Position numbers and translations under genes: made by a program
Part shown: positions 19,258 through 29,695 of the stretch, piece by piece
Layout: each line of letters starts with the position of its first letter
Numbering within the stretch: position 1 is the stretch's first letter
IMG/VR virus record: IMGVR_UViG_3300013006_000024
Location: 41,163 to 105,162 of that record
Source of the DNA: a virus
DNA length: 64,000 bases
Reading direction: 5' to 3' (one strand)
Notes under the pieces: model-generated
What the model saw: the letters and a program-made list of their open reading frames with translations, nothing else
The model's database searches: none
Told to the model about the DNA's origin: nothing

Positions 19258-21309
19258 ATGGTTAAAACAGCGACAAAAACACTTTATCCGGAATTAGTAG
19301 ATTCTAATATCGCTAATTCTGTAGAGTTTGTAAAAAAATACTCTAATTTTTTACCTAGAATTGGAAGTATAACTTATACTAATCCTAATCAGCCTGTCGA
19401 TTCTGTAGTACCACAAGCTTTACCAGGTGTAAACGAGGACGGTACTTATCAAATGGATGTTAGAGTTACTGGCTACTCGCCAGATGAACCGACTTCAGAC
19501 CCTGATACACGAGCCGGACTCGCTTCACAGACAAACACCTACGGAAAACTACGTCAAGGCTATAGTGTTGCTGTTGACCCCAAAGTTATACCTTATGGTA
19601 GCCGTATATCTATACCTGGGTTGGGTGATAATTTTGTAGCTATGGATACAGGTGGTGCTGTAAAGAGTCGTCAGGCCAGTAAAAAAACAGGTGGTCAGCC
19701 TGTAATAGATGTTTACTTTGATTCATACAGTCAGCAGCTGCAGTTTGAAAGAACAAATAAACCCGTTTTAGCGGCAAAAATTTATCCACCAGATGGTACA
19801 GCTATTCAAAGCGTAGCGCAAACAGATAAAACAGAGCAACAACAAACTGAGACTGTTGGCGATTTAACACCTCAATTAGAGACTTCTATTAACTACTGGA
19901 ATGCTAAAAAAAGCGGAGATCCTATAACAGCGTTAGTTAGCTTTTTTGAATTATTAGATAGCACTACTTTAAAAGAATTTAATAATGATTTTGTATTTTT
20001 TTGGTATAAGAAACTCAACTCTACAATTGATGTAGTAAAATCGCAGTTAAATTTAGCAGATGATTCGTTACTAAACGCTCCTAGCGATAGCATAGGGCTG
20101 TTAGTTAATGTTAAAAATAAGTTTGATGATAGTGTATCACCTATTACTGATGTTATACTATCGTATGGCCCGCCTAATATAGTGCCTGTATCTTTAAAAA
20201 ACAAGATAAGCTCTGTTACAAGTAGTGTTGTAAGTGAGATGTCTACAAAAAATAGTATTTTAATGAAAGGAAATCTTCTCAATATAGTAAAAACTAGCGA
20301 CCCTACAAGCATTATTACGGATACAACGCAGTCACATGGACTTAATCTAATGACTGATTATAATTTTTACCAAACGTTTTATAAAAATATAGAGTCTCTA
20401 ATTAATGAATTGTTCGCAGAGTTTAGTAACACTAAAGATTACATCACGTTCTTTAGCAATATTAATGATAAAATAGGATATAATTGCAGAAACTACACAA
20501 ATAATAATTTACAGCAAATAACAGACGTAACTTTTGATATGTACATAGAGGAAGCCAATCAAACCTTAGATTTACTAAAAAATAAAATAAAAGATTCAAT
20601 GAGTAATATGACTATTAAAAATACTCTATCCATAAACCAGACTCTCTTAAGTAAACCTACATTAACTACAAAGGATATTAATGACAAATTTACTTACAAG
20701 CAGAGATCATTCAATGTTATACCTATCTCAAGAGCATCATCTGCACTTACTAACACACGAGGAGCTATTCAGAACCTTCAAATACCTAACGCTAACTTAT
20801 CTAGACTTAATATAGTTGCGCAAAAGACAGGGATTACAGAAATACCCTCCGCTTCACAATATTTAGGCGATGTAAATAATCTAACTAGCTCTATCACTAA
20901 CCTAGACGCTATTAAGCAAGTAGCTAATTTAAATATGCCATTGTCTCTACCTTCAGTTGACGCAGGTTCATTCCCTGAACTAGCAGCAATTGCTACTAAT
21001 ACTAGCTTTAATAATTCTGATCCCCAAGCTATACTAGCAAGAGCCGAGGCAATTAAAAATACTTTATGCGATTTCAGGTTACCAGTTGTGGGTGAGATAG
21101 ATTTTAATGCATTAGCTAATGCAGATATTGATTTTGACCCGGAATCGCTTGCTAAAAGACTAGAAGCAATACTACCCAAGATAACATTACCCAAGACAGA
21201 TGATTTTAAGAAGATGTTTATTAAGTTAAAACCTACCTTTAATCAAATATGGAAAGATTTTTATGCTAAATACTTTGAATGCAAAAATAATAATAATAAT
21301 TTAGCTTGA
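19258..21309 (+). CDS. baseplate-associated protein with 3D (MltA-like) peptidoglycan-lytic domain
   Basis: VTGY...VAVDPKVIPYGS...AMDTGGAVK...IDVYF with all three conserved Asp, at about aa 66-160. Confidence 0.8.
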   Translation: MVKTATKTLYPELVDSNIANSVEFVKKYSNFLPRIGSITYTNPNQPVDSVVPQALPGVNEDGTYQMDVRVTGYSPDEPTSDPDTRAGLASQTNTYGKLRQGYSVAVDPKVIPYGSRISIPGLGDNFVAMDTGGAVKSRQASKKTGGQPVIDVYFDSYSQQLQFERTNKPVLAAKIYPPDGTAIQSVAQTDKTEQQQTETVGDLTPQLETSINYWNAKKSGDPITALVSFFELLDSTTLKEFNNDFVFFWYKKLNSTIDVVKSQLNLADDSLLNAPSDSIGLLVNVKNKFDDSVSPITDVILSYGPPNIVPVSLKNKISSVTSSVVSEMSTKNSILMKGNLLNIVKTSDPTSIITDTTQSHGLNLMTDYNFYQTFYKNIESLINELFAEFSNTKDYITFFSNINDKIGYNCRNYTNNNLQQITDVTFDMYIEEANQTLDLLKNKIKDSMSNMTIKNTLSINQTLLSKPTLTTKDINDKFTYKQRSFNVIPISRASSALTNTRGAIQNLQIPNANLSRLNIVAQKTGITEIPSASQYLGDVNNLTSSITNLDAIKQVANLNMPLSLPSVDAGSFPELAAIATNTSFNNSDPQAILARAEAIKNTLCDFRLPVVGEIDFNALANADIDFDPESLAKRLEAILPKITLPKTDDFKKMFIKLKPTFNQIWKDFYAKYFECKNNNNNLA

Positions 21310-21765
21310 TGGTTCTATATCTATTATTTTTGCATTAGTGTTTGCTGTGTCTATAAGCATTTTAAAGACTTGCTCTCGTGTAGCTAATAATTTATTATTA
21401 TTATCAGCCTCTTTTAATTCCTTTTTAGTAGCTATATCCATTTCCTTAGCTTTAATAACAGTTTCATTTCTTTTATCCGTTACAATAATCTTATTAAGTG
21501 TCTCAATAGCAGCGGAAGTTGCAGCAATTAAATCAGCAAGTGACCCTACATCCTTACTTTCGGGTGCAGATGATATATAATCTTTAACGTTAGACACCAC
21601 ATCCAGGCTTTCCTCTACTAACTTACCTGCCTTTTCGACGACAAACCGTTCCATATCCTCTTTCTTAAGTGGGTTTGATTCCTTTTTAGCTATTTCTGCC
21701 TTTTTATTAGCATCATTTAACTGCTCTAATAGATCGCCTACCATTTCGTTAAGTTCTTCACTCAT
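21301..21765 (-). CDS. terS: terminase small subunit (T4 gp16-like)
   Basis: Helical; SAPESKDVGSLADLI and NNNKLLATREQVFKML parallel the gp16-family motifs; late promoter upstream. Confidence 0.6.
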   Translation of the reverse strand: MSEELNEMVGDLLEQLNDANKKAEIAKKESNPLKKEDMERFVVEKAGKLVEESLDVVSNVKDYISSAPESKDVGSLADLIAATSAAIETLNKIIVTDKRNETVIKAKEMDIATKKELKEADNNNKLLATREQVFKMLIDTANTNAKIIDIEPSS

Positions 21766-21816
21766 AATATTATTTATCTACTATTGATTTTTATAAACAT
21801 GTATTATAATAGATGT

Positions 21817-22284
21817 ATGTATAATGTAACTAAAGATGCAGATCCAAATATACAGTTTCTACCTGTACTAAAATTTGAAAAAACACATGAGCTAGCTAAA
21901 TTACCGACTAAAAATCATGAATCCGACACAGGATATGATGTTTATTCAGTCGAAGACACGGTAATACCAGCAAAAAGCAATGCAGTTGTTGGGGTCGGTC
22001 TAAAATTCGCTTCAATACCCGAAGGATACTGGGTAAAAGTCGAATCCAGAAGCGGTTTAGGGTTTAAACATAGCATTTTAGCACATCCCGGTATTATTGA
22101 TTGTGGGTATAGAGGCGATGCAGGTGTAAAGTTATATAATCTTTCTGATAAAGATTACGAAGTCAAAGCTGGTGATAGAATTGCTCAGTTTGTCGTATAT
22201 CTTAACTTTTCTATGCCAGTTGAATGGGGTAAATGTGAGAATAGTGAGAGGGGTGAGAAGGGATTTGGCTCTTCAGGTAAATAA
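21817..22284 (+). CDS. dut: trimeric dUTPase (start revised to ATG 21817)
   Basis: GYDVYS, SRSGL, GIIDCGYRG, GDRIAQ, RGEKGFGSSG; TATAAT 21805-21810 lies 6 nt upstream. Confidence 0.95.
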   Translation: MYNVTKDADPNIQFLPVLKFEKTHELAKLPTKNHESDTGYDVYSVEDTVIPAKSNAVVGVGLKFASIPEGYWVKVESRSGLGFKHSILAHPGIIDCGYRGDAGVKLYNLSDKDYEVKAGDRIAQFVVYLNFSMPVEWGKCENSERGEKGFGSSGK

Positions 22285-23216
22285 TGAGTATTGATTTCAG
22301 TAACCTATGGGTCGAAAAGTATAGGCCTAGCGCTTTATCTGATTTCACTATATCAGATAAAAATAAAACCGTTATAGAGTCGTATAAATCGCAGAAAGAA
22401 ATACCTAACCTACTTTTTATTGGTACCCCTGGTATAGGTAAGACGACATTAGCTAAGATTCTTGTTAATGAGGTACTAGAGTGTCAGTACCTCTATATTA
22501 ATGCAAGCGATGAAAACGGAATTGACACAATTAGAACAAAAGTTACAAGTTTTGCGCAGACAAAAAGCATAGATGGTAAAATAAAGGTTATTATTTTAGA
22601 TGAAACAGACGGTCTTTCTATTGATGCTCAGCGTGCTCTTAGAAATACTATGGAAGAGTTTGCTAAGATTACTCGTTTTATCCTAACTGCTAACTATAAG
22701 CATAGAGTTATAACAGCATTGCAAAGTAGATGTCAAGGATTTGACCTTACACTTAGCTTAGATGGCGTTGTAAAGAGATGTGTACATATTCTTAAGGCGG
22801 AAAAAGTTAATATACCTACAGAAGAAAAGCAGAAATTAATGGAATTTATTAAATCCTTTTATCCTGATTTGCGTAAGTGTATAAACGAATTACAAAAATC
22901 TTCAGCAAGCGGCACACTTAAGCTTACAGATTCGTTTAATGATGACGTACTAACGCTGATATACGAACAAATTAAGAATAAGAATGTTATGGCTCTTCGT
23001 AAAGCTTTAATTGAAAGCGAGCAGCAGTTTAACAGTGATTATGTCACACTAATGCGCAATTTGTTTAATTATATAGACAATCAGGACATACAACTTAATA
23101 TTAAAAAGAAGTACCTATTAACCTTAGCTGAGCATTTGTATAGAAGCAGTTTTGTAGTCGATCAAGAAATTAATTGCTATACTTGTTTTATTGCGATGTC
23201 GGAAGTTAGCGTTTAG
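22284..23216 (+). CDS. gp44: sliding-clamp loader large subunit (T4 gp44/RFC-like)
   Basis: LWVEKYRP, GTPGIGKTT, INASDE, ILDE, SRC, PDLR. Confidence 0.95.
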   Translation: MSIDFSNLWVEKYRPSALSDFTISDKNKTVIESYKSQKEIPNLLFIGTPGIGKTTLAKILVNEVLECQYLYINASDENGIDTIRTKVTSFAQTKSIDGKIKVIILDETDGLSIDAQRALRNTMEEFAKITRFILTANYKHRVITALQSRCQGFDLTLSLDGVVKRCVHILKAEKVNIPTEEKQKLMEFIKSFYPDLRKCINELQKSSASGTLKLTDSFNDDVLTLIYEQIKNKNVMALRKALIESEQQFNSDYVTLMRNLFNYIDNQDIQLNIKKKYLLTLAEHLYRSSFVVDQEINCYTCFIAMSEVSV

Positions 23217-23814
23217 GAAGATATTTATAAGTATACGATGCGGGATCTGCTTGACCCTGGACAGGCTGAGAAGGTATTTTTATGTTAGTATTTAAAAGCT
23301 CTCTATCACCTTTAGAGAGTTTTTTATTACCTAAATCTGAAAGCATCGTATCTTTAGGGGAAAAGAATGGCACTTCTTCATTTTCACCCTTTAACTTCTT
23401 AGGCTTAATATTAACTCTTCTAGATGGATCGCCTTTCTTAAAAACTTCAGGAACTTCAGGTAAATTAGGATAAGAGCTTATAGGTTTAAGCATTCTAGCT
23501 GGAACTGTTACGAAATCCATGTACCTACCAGGTGCTATCTCTGATGTAATATCTACATTAAACTCAGTACCATTATAATCCGTATTACCTGCACCTTGAA
23601 CAGCAGGTAGAACGCTCTTAATAGACGACACTCTTAGGTTTAAACCGCTTTTTGCCATAGACTGTATCTTTTCCTTAGTATTTTCACCTAATCCCTTATA
23701 CCACGGATCATTAAATGCACCTTCTCCGAACACAACTACGTCTCCAGCTAATAATCCACCTATTGTATATCTCTGCATTGCGGATTCATATAATTCGACA
23801 AAATTACGCTTCAT
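23206..23814 (-). CDS. hypothetical late protein
   Basis: 202 aa; TAAATA-N7-ATG; N-terminus MKRNFVELYE. Confidence 0.7.
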   Translation of the reverse strand: MKRNFVELYESAMQRYTIGGLLAGDVVVFGEGAFNDPWYKGLGENTKEKIQSMAKSGLNLRVSSIKSVLPAVQGAGNTDYNGTEFNVDITSEIAPGRYMDFVTVPARMLKPISSYPNLPEVPEVFKKGDPSRRVNIKPKKLKGENEEVPFFSPKDTMLSDLGNKKLSKGDRELLNTNIKIPSQPVQGQADPASYTYKYLPKR

Positions 23815-23885
23815 TTTAAATTATTTATTCTTTATACTATGAATAAAACTGATTTTAAAAGAATAAAAATGATATAAATAATAAC

Positions 23886-24367
23886 GTGGCTACTATTAAA
23901 ATAGAATCTGTTGCTCAACTGGAAAAAGCGCAAAGTAACTTTACATATACGGATTTAAAGCTAGATCTTGAATTTGACTACACTAAAAACAATGAACTTC
24001 TTAAGCGAAAAGAAATTAAAGATATTAAAATAGACTATGACTACGCAGCAATAAGAAATTCAATATTCAATCTGCTAAATACAGTACCCGGCCAAAGAAT
24101 ATTAAATCCATACTTTGGCGTTAACCTTCAAAAATACCTTTTTAATAGAGTTACCGAAATACAAGCTATGAATATCGGAAATGATATAGTTCAAGCTATT
24201 TCAAAATTCGAACCTAGAGTAGTTGTGCAGAATGTTAATGTAGAGGTAGATGAAGTTAATCAGCAATATAATATTTTATTAACCTTAGGGCTGGTCGGTA
24301 TTGATTCAACTTCTAGCTTTAGACTAGTAGGAACATTAAGTAATTCAGGATTATTCTTTAACTAATA
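23886..24367 (+). CDS. gp25: baseplate wedge subunit (gp25-like); ORF ends at 24365
   Basis: AIRNSIFNLLNTVPGQRILNPYFG...FEPRV. Confidence 0.9.
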
Positions 24368-26223
24368 TGGCAACATCATTTAACAACTTTGATATAACAC
24401 CGACAGGCTATGTTGCGTTCGACGCATTAAGTCTCAAGAGCTTAATTAATGCACGATTAAATAGCAAAAACTTTTTTACTGATCAAAATTTTGAAGGAAG
24501 CAATATATCTTCAATTATTGATATTGTAGCTTATGCTTACCATGTATTAATGTTTTATTTGAACCGTACTAGTTCTGAAAGTACTTTTACAACCGCTGAA
24601 TTGTATGAAAATATTAATAAAATTGTAAAGCTTATAAATTACAATCCTATTGGCTATCAAACTGCAATTCTTTCTTTTTTAGCTACAGCATCAGATAGTC
24701 TACCAATAAACATTTATACCATACCTAGGTATTCGTATTTTACTCTCAACGGTGTCAATTACGCATTTAATAGAGATGTCACTTTTTCAAAAAATCTTTC
24801 ATCTTCTGAAACTCTAACCGACTTACAAGAAAATAATTTATTATTTCAAGGTATATATAACGAATACCCTGCTTATACAGCTACAGGTGAACCTTTTGAA
24901 ATACTCACCCTTACAGTTACTGACCCCAACGGTGCAAATATAATTATAGATCATTTTAATATTGATGTATATGTAAAAGATAATTCTTTAACAACACCGG
25001 TATGGACAAAATGGGAACCGACTCAATCGTTATTCTTAGAAAAATCAAATACACAAAAATATGAAATAAGATTAAACGAAAACCAAAGATATGAAATTAA
25101 ATTTGGCAATAATGTAACTGGTAAAAAACTAAATGCTGGCGATACAGTAGCTGTATATTATTTGAGATCTAATGGAACGTCAGGTGAGGTGGGACCCGGT
25201 CTTTTAGATAATAATAGATTGTTCTTTTATAATACACCTCAATTTAATACAATTAAAAGCAATGTTATTCCAGATAACTTAAATTTAATTACCAGTACTC
25301 AAGCAAGTTACCTTGCGTTTTCAAATATAGATGCTTCAACACAGTTTGTAGATATTGAATCTGTTAAGGATATTAAGACTAATGCTATTAATTCCTTTAG
25401 AAGCCAGTATAGGCTTATCACATCAGAAGATTTTACAAGCTATATATCTAAAAACTATAGCAATATAATATCTTCTACAAGAGCTGTTAATAATTGGGAT
25501 TATATATCAGGCCATTTAAAGTATTATTTCGATCTAGGAGTAGATAAACCTAATTTACAAAGTAGAGTACTGTTTAATCAGGTAAAGTTTTCTGATTCTT
25601 GTAATTTTAATAACGTATACATATATGCGGTACCAAGACTTGAGAAGCTCACTTCTTTAACAACACGTGCAAGCTATATTAACTCTGCGCAAAAACAGCT
25701 TTTGTTAAATGATCTACAGCAAGTCAAGCTCACTACTGCAGAAATTATTATCAATGACCCTGTATACATGGCTGTCGACTTAGGTGTAGCACAGCCTGGT
25801 GAGCAGCTCACACCGCAAATAAGCGACACAACATATTTAGAAATAATAAGAGAGATTACTGCAAAGAGAAACCCCGAATCGTTAAAAGATTCTATAAAAA
25901 ATATTATTTCCTCTTATTTCTCTACATCAAAAGATAATTTAGGTAAATTAATAAATCTAGGTGAACTTACTAATCAGATATTTGAATTAGAAGGTATAAC
26001 TGAAATAAATACTATTAGAAAAATTGGTAATACAACTATTAGAGTACCAGGCATTAGTCTTTTAATTTATAATCCCGTTTACCCGTATAATGATATTAAT
26101 ATAACCACACAGGATTTACAGCTTCCCTATTTTAAATTTCCATTTTTAAATAATCCATTAGATTTTGCTGATAAAGTAACCGTCGTCACACCTTCAATAC
26201 AAGTATTACAGACGGAGTTTTAA
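24367..26223 (+). CDS. gp6: baseplate wedge subunit (gp6-like)
   Basis: FTDQNFEGSNISSIIDIVAY, YEIKFGNNVTGKKL, SQYRLITSEDF. Confidence 0.9.
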   Translation: MATSFNNFDITPTGYVAFDALSLKSLINARLNSKNFFTDQNFEGSNISSIIDIVAYAYHVLMFYLNRTSSESTFTTAELYENINKIVKLINYNPIGYQTAILSFLATASDSLPINIYTIPRYSYFTLNGVNYAFNRDVTFSKNLSSSETLTDLQENNLLFQGIYNEYPAYTATGEPFEILTLTVTDPNGANIIIDHFNIDVYVKDNSLTTPVWTKWEPTQSLFLEKSNTQKYEIRLNENQRYEIKFGNNVTGKKLNAGDTVAVYYLRSNGTSGEVGPGLLDNNRLFFYNTPQFNTIKSNVIPDNLNLITSTQASYLAFSNIDASTQFVDIESVKDIKTNAINSFRSQYRLITSEDFTSYISKNYSNIISSTRAVNNWDYISGHLKYYFDLGVDKPNLQSRVLFNQVKFSDSCNFNNVYIYAVPRLEKLTSLTTRASYINSAQKQLLLNDLQQVKLTTAEIIINDPVYMAVDLGVAQPGEQLTPQISDTTYLEIIREITAKRNPESLKDSIKNIISSYFSTSKDNLGKLINLGELTNQIFELEGITEINTIRKIGNTTIRVPGISLLIYNPVYPYNDINITTQDLQLPYFKFPFLNNPLDFADKVTVVTPSIQVLQTEF

Positions 26224-29200
26224 TGGCTAATCAGGTCAATTACAAATACGTCTACTTTAGCGTACGCGATTATACTGGTAATGAAGCACTATCTTCTTAT
26301 ACACTTTCTAATACACCTTTAACCTTTAAGCCTGACTTTGAATTATCATTTTCACCTAATGAACTAACAAATATATCCAACAAAAGAATAACCTGGGACT
26401 TCGGTGACGGGACCACATCAACAGATCTAACAGCTACCCACCAATATAGATGGCCAGGTAATTATACACCCATACTAACTATCTATGATAGACTGGGAAA
26501 TGCATTTGATAGTTCTTATCAACCTACTATTAGTATATATAATTTTGTTTACGATCAATTAGTATTTGAGGATTATAGAAAATTTATTTACGATGTACCA
26601 GCTAGTAAAATTAACGATCCGTTGACCGTTAACCGCCAATCTAGTTGGCAATCTTACAACGCTTTAAGCGCGACGGGGTATACAGTAAACCTATATGCAT
26701 CGGGCGCTGCAGGAGATTATTTAAATATTGATAATTTTTTCGACGATAAATGGTCACATTTGCGCGCTTTAAGCAGATTTATTGAAAAAGTTAAAGTAGG
26801 CTCAGACTTCGAATATGCGCCTGTTAATAAATTAGTTACTTCTAATCAAGAGATTTACTGCAGGATAAATGATGATAAGCAGTTAGAGTTATGTGAGCAA
26901 GGCAGTAAAGATAGTGTCTTTGCAGGAACAACAGGGTCTTGCGTATTTTATTATGTTGATGATAGAGCTAAGAACTTTACTTCAAGGGAGTTCCCTATAT
27001 TTTTATTTGCTACTCTAGACAGTTCTAAGTTCCAAGACAAATATTCTTTTGAGAATAATGCATTTGATTATATAAACTACCCTCCACATGGATTTCAAAT
27101 GCTTAAACCAGCTGTATTACCTATAATTAAAGTTCGTCATAACCCTGCAAAGCAACTTTCTATCTCAACTACAGGTATCGAAGGTGAAGGTACTCTATCT
27201 TCTACTAAATTTGATATACCTGAAGTTAGCTGGCAGAATACAGAGATACCGTTTGTTATAAAAATGCGAGATAATGAAAATTTTACTACTAAAACTTACC
27301 CTCCACTATCTTCTTCTACAGTTAACACAGCTTTAACTAGCTTAACAAGCTATAACTTAACATTCGGGTTAGTACAGCATACAGGTACAGGTACAATACC
27401 GTACACAGCTGTTAAGTTTTATGAAGATTTTACAGCTGATGCTCCGCAATCTATAGGAGCGTTCTATAAAGGATATTTCGTTCCACAAGAAACCGCATTA
27501 AATGTGTCGCTTACTGCACATATGATTGTGCAAGATCCTATTAATTTTCCAAAAGATAGTTTGATTGGTTGGATAGCTGTACCGCAGTTCAATGTACTGT
27601 TAAGATTCTTTAATCTTCAAATTTATGATTATTGTAAAGGGTACCTAGATTTTACCGCATCAGCTAGCGGTAAATTCTTTTATAATTATGAAAATAGAAA
27701 TGTTTACTCCATACAAGTAGCGCCCTCGGGATCATTATTTGGTAGTGATTACCAGACATGGTTTGCTGATGGTACTACAGACAATTTATTTAAATTTGAT
27801 AGTAATGGAAATATATTATCTTCTTTCGCTTTATCGAGCTACCCTGCATTTACTGGTATGTATAATATGACTAATTATGTTGATTTAAGATCGGATGTAT
27901 TGAGCAGTGCTGCGCCTGGTAGTATTGCTATGGATGGTAATAGCGATCTATGGGTTGCATTGTTTGACGCGGTATCTGCTATAAAGATAGATAAAGATTC
28001 AGGCCGTATTAAAGCAATCGCATATCCAGATACAGCAAATATTGTTTATGCATTGAGTTCAGATTACAATCTACCACAATTACAAGGGTTTGCAGGAGAA
28101 AATTTATTACTACCCGCAAGCGTCGATACAGATATTAATAATAATGTTTGGATAACATATACCCACCCAGTTTCAAACTTTTTAGTAAAATATGATACAA
28201 ATGGTAATTTATTAAGAACTATTACATTTCCCTACTTACATTCGCCTGTTGAGCTTTGTGTCGATAGAAATAGAAATGTATGGCTAACTACATACAATCT
28301 GACTACCTCAGCTAGGGAATTAACTGCTAGAAACGATTTTCTCTACAAATTCGATAGCGAAGGTAATACATTACCGGGATATCCTTTGTCTGGATTTAAG
28401 CTTATCGGAAATATTGCTGTAGATGGTCAGCAAAATGCTTGGGTAGCACAAGATAGACAAACTATTACTAAAATTGACGCTTTAACAAGACTGCGTACAG
28501 ACTATATAGCAGGGTCAGGTAATTACACAAACTATATTCAAAGCTTTGGAGGTATTGCTTGCGATACATCTTCATTTATATGGGCTATTAATAATTTTGA
28601 TCAAAAATTATATTTTATTGATGCTACTGAACCACCTAAACCTATAAATGAAATACCATATATTGATTTAGTAATGCCCGGTTCAAGCTTAGAAAACCCT
28701 GTTTCAACTTTCGAGGAAAAGTCTTTTCAAGCTTATGGTGATTGGCTGGGTAGCAAATGGCTGAACAAGTATATAGATGATACAAGCACGATTAGAGTGC
28801 TTACAGGCGAGTCTAATTTATTTAATTTATACCCTCTTTCTGGTGAATATAATATTTCTAAGATTAATGAAGATTTTGACGCCAGTAGCTATTACAAATC
28901 CTTAATATTAAATGAAACACTTGAAGATAGATATGTATTTTTTAACGATTTCTTAGGTACTATTGTAGGCAATTTATCCTCTCAGCCCTACGAACTAGGT
29001 AAAACAGTTTACGAGAAGATTGCTAACTATGTATCTAATAATTCCGATATAGATGCTGTAAACTTAGATCAGCTTTTATCGTTTTGCAACGAATTATCAG
29101 TACAGTTTGAACAATATAATTATCCGTTCCCCCCTCAATTAGCACGTTTAGTAAATATGCTCTCCATTAAGCATAAAAAACTATGGGGCGAGAGAAATAA

Positions 29201-29687
29201 GTTTAATCTACAGTTTGAAAACTACGGACTTAGCAATAATAAGAATTTAGGTACACAACTATCTACCTTAACTAGTGTAATATCTTCAGGCTATTCGTTA
29301 GTTGCATACGAAAAGTTCTCAAATGCATATCTTGTAGTTAACAACGTAGAGATACTATCTGCTGGATTGCCGCTAGAATATGGTACAGAAATTCCTTTAT
29401 CTGCATATAATTATGATTGGGGTTGGGGATTAGTTTCGCCAAAATCGCTTTCTGGAGATCGAATATCTGATTTTTATTCATTCTATAACTATATACCCAC
29501 TTATGAAGATTCGTATAGAGAGAATATTATTGATTGGGACAACCCTTTAACAACACTTACTTTTACTAACAGTTCATTTTCCGAATGGAGTAAAGATAGT
29601 GGTATAATGCAAAACATATTAAGCTATGAACTAACTAAAGGCCTCCGCCTGTTTTTAAGTGCTAGCGACTTAGTATACAACAATTAA
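26223..29687 (+). CDS. large baseplate protein with PKD domain and NHL/beta-propeller repeats (gp7-position)
   Basis: WDFGDGTTS...HQYRWPGNY; repeated D-x-N-x-N-V-W and KFD-x-NGN blades; C-terminal DIDAVNLDQL; TAATG coupling to gp6. Confidence 0.7.
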   Translation: MANQVNYKYVYFSVRDYTGNEALSSYTLSNTPLTFKPDFELSFSPNELTNISNKRITWDFGDGTTSTDLTATHQYRWPGNYTPILTIYDRLGNAFDSSYQPTISIYNFVYDQLVFEDYRKFIYDVPASKINDPLTVNRQSSWQSYNALSATGYTVNLYASGAAGDYLNIDNFFDDKWSHLRALSRFIEKVKVGSDFEYAPVNKLVTSNQEIYCRINDDKQLELCEQGSKDSVFAGTTGSCVFYYVDDRAKNFTSREFPIFLFATLDSSKFQDKYSFENNAFDYINYPPHGFQMLKPAVLPIIKVRHNPAKQLSISTTGIEGEGTLSSTKFDIPEVSWQNTEIPFVIKMRDNENFTTKTYPPLSSSTVNTALTSLTSYNLTFGLVQHTGTGTIPYTAVKFYEDFTADAPQSIGAFYKGYFVPQETALNVSLTAHMIVQDPINFPKDSLIGWIAVPQFNVLLRFFNLQIYDYCKGYLDFTASASGKFFYNYENRNVYSIQVAPSGSLFGSDYQTWFADGTTDNLFKFDSNGNILSSFALSSYPAFTGMYNMTNYVDLRSDVLSSAAPGSIAMDGNSDLWVALFDAVSAIKIDKDSGRIKAIAYPDTANIVYALSSDYNLPQLQGFAGENLLLPASVDTDINNNVWITYTHPVSNFLVKYDTNGNLLRTITFPYLHSPVELCVDRNRNVWLTTYNLTTSARELTARNDFLYKFDSEGNTLPGYPLSGFKLIGNIAVDGQQNAWVAQDRQTITKIDALTRLRTDYIAGSGNYTNYIQSFGGIACDTSSFIWAINNFDQKLYFIDATEPPKPINEIPYIDLVMPGSSLENPVSTFEEKSFQAYGDWLGSKWLNKYIDDTSTIRVLTGESNLFNLYPLSGEYNISKINEDFDASSYYKSLILNETLEDRYVFFNDFLGTIVGNLSSQPYELGKTVYEKIANYVSNNSDIDAVNLDQLLSFCNELSVQFEQYNYPFPPQLARLVNMLSIKHKKLWGERNKFNLQFENYGLSNNKNLGTQLSTLTSVISSGYSLVAYEKFSNAYLVVNNVEILSAGLPLEYGTEIPLSAYNYDWGWGLVSPKSLSGDRISDFYSFYNYIPTYEDSYRENIIDWDNPLTTLTFTNSSFSEWSKDSGIMQNILSYELTKGLRLFLSASDLVYNN

Positions 29688-29695
29688 ATAATTAG

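Noticed and set aside
767-23216. Inteins, introns or homing endonucleases in primase, terminase or clamp loader
   Set aside because: All three are of normal length with contiguous motifs.
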